From: Octopus sinensis
Taxonomy: Eukaryota
Assembly: GCF_006345805.1 (NCBI RefSeq)
Contig: NC_043002.1
Span: 28,024,001-28,088,000 of the forward strand
DNA: 64,000 bases
Direction of reading: 5' to 3'
The notes beneath the pieces were generated by a model. The model was not told the origin of the DNA, ran no database searches, and was given only the letters and a program-made list of their open reading frames with translations. A program made the position numbers and the translations under genes. This document shows, in pieces, positions 55,123 through 64,000 of this stretch; position 1 is the first letter of the stretch; each line of letters begins with the position of its first letter.

Positions 55123-56559
55123 TATAAAAAGAATTAAATGTAATGTCATGCAACTTCGTAATAATCCTTATTATTATTATTGTTGATATGTTTAGAATTA
55201 AAGAATTAAGGTTAAGAAAGTAGGTGTTAAATGCAGTATCCAAACCTTGTTTCCGGGTAAGTTCCAGGTAGTGTGCCTGTAAGATAGCACTCTTGCTGAC
55301 AGCACGTGTATTCACTTTGACCTCGAATCTTTCAAGAAAATTGCGTAAAATATCGTAAATAATTTGCAGTAACATCCTGAGGTAGTGCTACACACCATAA
55401 AAACCTAAAACGCTACACTGATAGAATTTTTGTCGGAAGGTGTGAAAATTATGAAATCTGTATTGTTTACATAAAAATTCGTATATTACTACATGTGGTC
55501 AAAACTTCTCTGACTAATCAAAACAAAGATTGAAATTTCCCTACTTACACGGTAAAAACTTCGAATCTATTATCGAAGAAGAAAAGCGTATGCAATCGTA
55601 ATAAATCGAAGAAAAAAATGTATACAAATTTGTTTCATTACGTTTTGTCATTACGAAAGACAAGTTTGAGGCTAGGACGGTTTTATTTACATGCTGCGGA
55701 TTTCTTTATAATGGTAAACTAACCTACTCCTAACGCGGCATTATTTTCTTTATCTATAAACAGAAAGGTTTCTGATTTATATATGTGTAGATTTCCAGGA
55801 AAGCAGTAACTGAGTACTTAATTTATGTATTTACTTATTTAATTATCAACTAATTAATTCACTGCATGTGTCATTATATACAGACCATTTTAGATACTGC
55901 GTTTTAAAGTAATTTTTCAGTCAACTGAAATTTTACAAAAAGAAGTAAATTCCGTTTTTACATTTACGACCTCAAACCATATAAGACTCTGCACTATCAT
56001 ACCCTTCGATTTAACCTGTGATTGATTGATTTTTTTTCAATTCCTCTCGCGTCTTTCTGTCTCTCCCACGTGCATGTCGCTCTCTCTCTCTCTCTCTCTG
56101 TCTCTCTCTTTCTTTCTCTCTGTAGCTGGCACGCGCACATACACACACATACACACACTCACACACGGTTACACATACACACAATCTTTCTTTCACTGTA
56201 TATCTATTTGTTGCACATGTGTTTATTTGGGAATATGTCTACAGACAGATTATAGATTTATACTCAGACACATAGATCATTAATACCTCCCTCACCTATG
56301 CATGCGTAGACCTCTACAACTTATACCTCTCTTTCTTTCTCTCTCCTTACCTCTCCTTATCTCAATCTTTCTCTAAATATATAAGGGAGAAAAGGCAGGC
56401 TGACGGTGTCTTGAAATTGGGTTAGTGCAGCACTATTAGCCCTACCATCACCAATGTCAACATCTAAAAGAACGAAGGAGCTAATAAAGGGCTAAAATAT
56501 TAATAAAAGAAAAGAAGGATTACAATAGAAGTAAAAATGAAGAAAAAACAAAAGAGAAC

Positions 56560-59500
56560 CACCATGTAAAACGAAAAAGGCAAGTAGTCAATACGCAAAG
56601 ACATATGTAGTGATTGCTGGCTTGGGCTTGATTGTGAAAACTGCATTCCTGCACCCAAAGCTATAAAACAGAAAAAAGGGAAAACCTTCCTTCAAAGACA
56701 AAGGAAGACTCCAAAGACTGCATGACTCAAGAGATTGTGCAACAACCAGCTTGGCTTCATCAGTTCCGGAGTCTGAGCCATTCTCACTAACACACAAGAC
56801 CGCCACAACCGATAGATCCAGAGTGGTCACCACTGGCATCAGCATAGAGCTCACACCAGTATACTTCATAGACGCAAGAGGACTGTTACAAATCAGTAAC
56901 TGAACTAAAACTACCTTCCTGGGAGGCCTAGTGGTATGCAGTCAAGCTTTATTCATAGCACTCACTGAATTGCACCTAAAACCCGACATCGTAGATACAG
57001 AAATACACATACCAAAGTATGTTTTATTGCAAAGAGATAGAAAAGACAGGAGCTTATGGTGGAAAATCTCACAGCTCAGATCTTTTCATCACAGTCAACC
57101 GCAGTGTGTAACACACTAATTGTACTTATAAGACAGCTCGACATAGTCATATTTACTACATATCTCCCACTTGATGCCCTAAAGCAGACGGGCCTACTTG
57201 AAGACTGTCTTACAAGAATAGAAAAGGTCTTAACCAAAATAGAAGAGCACATTAATGTACTTCTCGTGGGAGACTTCAACCTGCCCAATGTGGAATGGCC
57301 TGATGACATTTTCCTCTCGAGAATGATGCGCAGTGAGTAAAGTCAGGTTGGATCCCTGCTCAACATCACCAACAAATTATACATGGAGCAAATAATTCTC
57401 CAGCCAGCCAGGGCAAACAATATATTTGATCTCTGCCTCACAAACTATGTGGATCTCATCCATAATGTGAAAGTGACAGTGATGCTAGTATCGGATCACA
57501 GCATAATAGAGCTGACCAAGTAAGAACCAAAGGAACCACAGACATACAGCCTATGATAATCGCCCAAAATCTGTCCAATCTGAACTAACACAAAGCAGTC
57601 TGAAAATCAATTGAGAAAGGGATCACCAAACGGGATCAGTCCCAATGTCTTTCTACACCTGACATATGCATAAAACTGAAAATGTTCATTTTAATAATGC
57701 AAGACATAGGATACATGTTTGTCCCAGGCAGAAATGCCACTGCACATAAAACAAGATTTTCGGGGAGAGAAAAGATATTATGAGACGGCGTACAAAGACT
57801 GCAAACTGCCTCAATAGAGAACTTAACGGCAGTGAAAAATCCCGCCTGGAAGGAGCACTGCTGGAGATTGAGAAACGACTCAAGTGCCCCTGGGAGAAGG
57901 AAAGAACAGACAGAGAAGTTGGGTCGCAAGAAATATAAAATCAGAGCCCTAAAGCCCTCATTAGTTACGCCGAGTAGATTGCTTCTGTGCATTGCAGCAT
58001 AGAGCCACTCCTCCAAAAAGATGGTTCCCTCACGGGAAACCGAATGAGGATAAGTGAAACATAGAAGAACATGGAAGATAACAAACCTGTAGAATTCTTT
58101 TTGAAGAAGAGGATGTAATAGTGGCAATAGATGACATAGATGCAAACTCAGCTGCTGACCCAGATGGATTCCCAGTAATCCTTCTTAAGACACGGAAATG
58201 AGTCCCTGCAAAACCACTGCAGCTTCTTTTTCACAGCTTCCTCACAAATGGCTAAGCTCCCGAACAAACTAAAGAAGGGAATAATATACCCTGTCCATAA
58301 AGGAACTTGACAGATGCTAAAACCTATAGGCCTATCTATCTGACATCACACATCAGCACAGTCATGGAACGAATAGTCCGAAGGAAATTAATTGCATTTC
58401 TTTAAGAGAACGACTTGCTCTGCCGCACCGCACGATTTCCGACCAGGTAGGTGCTGCCTGACACAGCTGTTGCAACAGTATGACTGGGTGCTAAAACTGC
58501 TGCTCAACAACTCAGATACGGATATGATATGCTTGGAATTTGTAAAAGCCTGTGACAAAAGTCGACCATGTATAATTTGTCACATGCTATGTAATCTTAA
58601 CATAACGAGAAATCTTAGAGAATGGCTACATGACTTTCTAAAAGATAGAAGTCAGGTAGTTGTGGTCAGTTAGCACCACCTCCAAGGAAACACAAATCAT
58701 GATGGTATTCCACAGAGTACTATCTTGAGGCCGGAGGTACTCTTAAGGGCCCTTTCTGACATGCCCTCAGTGTCACAAATAACTACTCTTGCCAGCTATG
58801 CAGATGATACAAAGGATACAGAACCTTAGAGACGTTGCGCACCTGCTACGTGAATAAACAGGTAGGTTGAGGAAAATAACATGTAGTTTAATATTGGAAA
58901 ATTCCAAGCACTGCGCTACCAACACATGAAGCTCAATAAAAAGAAGATAGGGGACACTGGCCAGGAAGGATTACAATCCCTGAATCAAAATAAGTGCGTG
59001 GCCTGGAAATCGACACGAGTAATGATGCATCTTTTGAGGTGCATATTACGATGCTGGTAGTAAAAGGCAGATGCCTGGTCTGATGAATACTTCGAACTTT
59101 CAAAACAAGAGGAAAGGAAACCATGATGATCCTCTGAAAGACTTTCACCCTCAACCATCTGGATTACTGCTCCCAACTGTGGTCACCACAGTGTGAATCT
59201 TACGACAGAGATCAAGGCGAGCCAGCAAAACTACACGAAGGGAAGCGACAATGCGACGTGTCAGCTACTCGGACAGAGTAAAATAGTTAAAAGTACTCCC
59301 TAGAACGAAGGTGGAAAAGATATTCTGTAATATATATATATATATGGAAAATCCTAGAAAAATTTGCACCACACTTTGGCATTGTCAGTTACACAAAGAA
59401 TAGGACAGGACGCTCTTGTACCAAATACCAAAACAAAATTGTCATCAGGATACAGGAACAGATACAGCAAAAGCATTAAGGACCCACCACTCTACGATAT

Positions 59501-59726
59501 CCTGTTACGAAACTTGAGAGACCTGCTTGGTGTGGAGGCAGGCGTTTTCAAAACAAAACTGGATTTCTTTATGTCAAAAGTTCCGAAGTCAAGGCAAGAA
59601 ACTCAGATGAGAGCAGCAAAGTCAAAATCACTCGTCTACCAAATATCACATATTAGAGGAGGTTTAGTGAAAGTGGAGCAAAGCAAACGGCAGTCTCCAG
59701 CATGGCTGCAGTCCCGGGACTGAAAC
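56560..59726 (+). mobile_element. CR1-type LINE, degenerate, same family as 297-3082
   Basis: FIALTE.HL..., LLVGDFNLPNVEWP, YRPI.LTSH, FRPGR.CLTQLL, YADD, RQETQMRAA; many stops and frameshifts. Confidence 0.88.
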
Positions 59727-59750
59727 TAGGAATTTATATATAGTAAAGAC

Positions 59751-59810
<60 letters not shown>

Positions 59811-60227
59811 GGCGCATGAGTGGCTGTGTGGTAAGTAGCTTGTTTACCAACCACATGGTTCCGGGTTCCGGGTTCAGTCCCACTGCGTGGTACCTTGGGC
59901 AAGTGTCTTCTACTATAGCCTCGGACCGACCAAAGCCTTGTGAGTAGATTTGGTAGACGGAAACTGAAAGAAGCCCGTCGTATATATGTATATATATTTA
60001 TATATATATATGTTTGTGTGTCTGTGTTTGTCCCCCTAGCATTGCTTGACAACCAATGCTGGTGTGTTTATGTCTCCGTCACTTAGCGGTTCGGCAAAAG
60101 AGACTGATAGAATAAGCACTGGGCTTACAAAGAATAAGTCTCGGGGTTGAGTTGCTCGATTAAAGGCGGTGCTCCAGCATGGCCGCAGTCAAATGAGTGA
60201 AACAAGTAAAAGAGTAAAAGTGTAGAG
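59811..60227 (+). mobile_element. SINE family 1
   Basis: Near full-length match to 4192-4613. Confidence 0.9.
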
Positions 60228-60249
60228 TATATATATATATATATATATG

Positions 60250-60290
<41 letters not shown>

Positions 60291-60524
60291 AAATATATCC
60301 AAATATATATATATATATATATATAATATATATATATATCCAAATATATCCAAATATATATCCAAATAAATTAAACATTATATCATGAATAGCGATAGCG
60401 AAACCGGTTGATATATTAAAAATTACATTCAAACCATGTAAGTGTGCGTATTTTCCTTTTTTAATTTCTTATATACATTACAACCCACCACGTGGGGACA
60501 ACCGAAATTCCTCTTTTCTTTTAC

Positions 60525-60560
<36 letters not shown>

Positions 60561-60808
60561 ATATATATATGTATTATGTATTATATTCATATAATGAGAA
60601 TGAAGTAAGTGGAGCAAGAGCAAGCACGAAGACGGAAAGTATCGCTGATAAGGTCACAGATGTGTGACGAAACATTTCCGGACAATTGACATCAGTTAGA
60701 ATAAGAATATTAGTAAACGACTGAAGAACAAATATATAGTGTATGTGTTTATTTGGCAAAAGAAAAAATGACTATCCCGAAATGCAACAATATAATTATA
60801 TACATATG

Positions 60809-61085
60809 TATTGGGTTGGTGTATAATCATTGTGGCTTTTGTTTTTCCAACAAATTCCATTCAACAAAAACAACAACAATATTTAACAAAAACATCTTTA
60901 AATAATGATCTGACCCTCTGCCAAGCAAATGGGAAGCAGTAATTGAAGTAGATGGAGAATATGCTCCAGAATAATCATTTCAAGATGTTTTTGGTACATG
61001 CCGCCATCGTTCTTGTTGAATGAAACCTGTTGAAAATTATGCACCAATCCAATATGCTGTTGAATAATTATGCACCAATCCAATA
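60809..61085. mobile_element. Mariner-type MITE
   Basis: TA-ttgggttggtgtataat ... attatgcaccaatccaa-TA, right end tandemly duplicated. Confidence 0.55.
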
Positions 61086-61379
61086 TGCTGGGTTCTCTCA
61101 CTGTATTCTACACGTAAGGGCCTAATAATTTTACTTCATTCCTCCCTTTCTTTTCCTTTTGCATGATGATTTTAATGAAAATCAAGTAAGAAAATCCCTT
61201 GTACAGCCCACATTTTCATTAATGGCTTGTGTATTCATACTTTTGATTTCATTCATGTGTTCCTTCGCCCTTTGACCAGTCTTGTTTTTCATCCGACAAG
61301 CTGCTTGGTTGGTTTTCGGTTTAATCACCTACGAACGAATATCTGACAGGCTGTACTGGGTCACATGTTCACAGTAGCA

Positions 61380-61562
61380 CTCAAGAAACAACCTGATCAA
61401 TTAATTATGATTGTATTCAACATATTCCCCTCTCAGATCCACACACTAGTTGCAGTGGTCATTTAGTTTTTCTAAGCCTTGTAAAAGAACTTGAAAGTTG
61501 GGCCTTCAACCAAGCCTTTCGCGACACCTTTAAAGCCAGGAATTTTTCGTCACCCCCTCGTA
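61380..61562. mobile_element. Mariner terminal fragment
   Basis: Ends aatttttcgtcaccccctcg-TA. Confidence 0.45.
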
Positions 61563-61616
61563 TGTGTGTGTGTGTGCGTTTGTGTGTGTGTGTGCGTTTG
61601 TGTGTGTGTGATATAT

Positions 61617-61648
<32 letters not shown>

Positions 61649-61659
61649 CATTCATGCAC

Positions 61660-62520
61660 ACTACTTGCCTGAGCCTTTTTCAAACTCATAGTGACCTTCT
61701 TTAATCCATTTCTGAGTTTGATTGGAATTCCAGAATATTTTTAATGTTCGTTTTCCATTACTCCCCCTGGCTTGTGTTCATATCATTGTTCGGTTTTCTC
61801 GAGGTTTGCTTTACCGCGAAACAACCAGTGGGCATACCTGGCCACATTGTCGTATCTCCTTTTGTATTCGCGTTGTGCGAGCTGACAGCACTTACTAACA
61901 ATATGGATTACACTTTCTCCCTTCTCAGAGCACATTCTATTCTGTGAGAAGTCAGTGCTTTTATCAATGTAATATTTGGAGTAGTTTGTTCTGAGAGCTT
62001 GTTCGTGAGCGCTGCACACTAATGCCTCAGTGGGCCCTTTTAAGTTTCCTTTCTGTTGCCATTGCCAGGTTCTATTCCAATCAAACTCATCTTTATTCTT
62101 CAAGAACTGACTGTGCATTTTCATGTCCTGCCAAATTTTCATCTACTCTCTCTGGACTTTCTTAAATCGTGATGGATCTACGGCTTCGTTCACTTTTAAG
62201 GTTCTCTGCATTTTCAGTACTTCGATCATTTCTTCTTTACTCCGCTTAACATACCAAGCCAGGCTATTCTCCTCTTCCCTTACACAACCTTCACAACACG
62301 CCAATCCCCGTCCTCCTTTCCTTTTTACATATAATCTTGACACATCACTCTTGGAGTGTAGTTCTTCGTTCATTGTCATTAATTTACGTGTTTCCCGGTC
62401 TATCTTTTGTAATTCATGCGTCTAACAAGATACTATTTCTGCCCCATATCTCACCAAAGCAACCGCCCATGTGTTAATTGCTCTAATCTTATAGCTGCCA
62501 TTTAGCATCAATTGGAGCAC
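61660..62520 (-). mobile_element. R4/Dong-like non-LTR retrotransposon remnant
   Basis: LHSKSDVSRLYVKRKGGRGL; GNLKG.TEAL..AHEQAL.TNY; RMC..KGESV.HIVS.C..LA.REYKRRYDNVA. Confidence 0.75.
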
Positions 62521-62579
62521 GAGCCGAGTTATCCTCAAATACTCTTTCCTTTACATTTCTTTCATCTTGTGTCCATTCA

Positions 62580-62850
62580 TCTTATTTCTGTCAAGGTCAG
62601 GTTGTTTATGGAAGACCAGCATCCGTCCATGCATCCCCTCTCCACGACACCAGTGTTATCCAAGGGAAAGGCAAAGGCTGATATAGCTTGGCACCTTTGA
62701 CGTCGCAACTCATTTCAACAACCGAGTGAACTAGAGCAACGTGAAATAAAGTGTCTTGCTCAAGAACACAACACACAGCTCAATCAGGGATTCGAGGTCA
62801 CAACCTCACGATCGTAAGCTCGACGCTCTAACCACCGAGTCAAGCGCCTT
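62580..62850 (-). mobile_element. SINE family 3
   Basis: Homologous to 15215-15545. Confidence 0.75.
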
Positions 62851-62855
62851 CACAC

Positions 62856-62898
<43 letters not shown>

Positions 62899-63002
62899 CA
62901 TATATGTATGTTTATATATATACATATATATATATATGTATGTTTATATATATATACACACATATATATTTTATATATATATATATACATATATATATAT
63001 AC

Positions 63003-63054
<52 letters not shown>

Positions 63055-63064
63055 TTACATACAG

Positions 63065-63096
<32 letters not shown>

Positions 63097-63115
63097 TATA
63101 CACACACACACATAT

Positions 63116-63169
<54 letters not shown>

Positions 63170-64000
63170 GCAGTTTGTCTGTCTGTGTGTCTCTCCTTTC
63201 TGTCTCTCCTTTTTCTCTCGCTCTTCGGTTTTCCCTTTAGCTAATCACATGACAGCATAACGCACTCAATTTTGGTGTATTAACATATTGACTAGCAGTA
63301 CGCGTAGAAATCCTCGGTAAATACGAAATTATTTAAAAGATTGTAAGTTTATATAGAGCCATAAAGTTTAGTGTTCCTTTTTAAATTGTATGCTCTGCAT
63401 TATTTTCATTTAAAAACATCTTTCAGTTATCCTGCATGAGGCTGTAATTGAAAAAGTTCAGAGATTCAGTCATAAATCTAAGAGCTCCACAATAATTACA
63501 GAGAATATTCATGTCACCAGTATTGTAACTTTCAACATGTTTACAGTTTTTTGACGTCTTCTCTCATTTTCATTTTATATTCTCCCGTGTATGTTCTAGA
63601 GCTTCTCTTTACGTCATTGCCTACACCCTCTCACTCTTCCTCTTGCAGTCATCCATATTGTATTAGCAAATATTTATTTTAAAGCGGTCAGCCGATAACA
63701 AATTACAGTTATGCGTTAAGTGATAGGCGATATAAACAATTTAGTTCAATTATAATATTTGAAAAATACACTTTTCACAATCCACTCACCACCAACACCT
63801 CCACCACCATCGCTATCACCCCCATCGCCGTCGCCATCAGTAACGAAGCTCAGTCTAGGTTGTTTGCCAACCAAAATAATTTGATTTCATTTCAGTTCAT
63901 CTGTTTGTTTATATCTACTTTCTTGCTATAAAGTTCAAAAATATTTTTTTCATAAGTATAACATCTACAGCTAGTTTACTAAATTATTGCACTTAGATTT

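Overview
Eukaryotic, AT-rich, repeat-dense animal DNA. The SINE families and the (AT)n/(CA)n load look like an octopus/cephalopod genome (inference). Most of the window is transposon debris: CR1-type LINEs, Tx1/L1-like and R4/Dong-like LINE remnants, Penelope-like fragments with minimal hammerhead-ribozyme motifs, a Gypsy LTR element with 5-bp TSD, a Ginger1 transposon with an OTU domain, Helitron-like elements, mariner remnants and many tRNA-derived SINEs. Between ~14.5 and ~44.8 kb on the + strand there is a spliced gene that the ORF track misses. It has 15 short exons (86-100 nt) alternating type A (phase 1->2) and type B (phase 2->1). Each A+B pair encodes a ~60-aa six-cysteine module, C-x7-C-x16-C-x8-C-x7/8-C-x11-C, giving 7 complete modules plus one orphan half. 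The modules show a two-module higher-order periodicity, homologous introns and strongly diverged non-Cys residues. I do not recognise the protein family. The 5' end (start/signal peptide) was not found and the 3' end is ambiguous.
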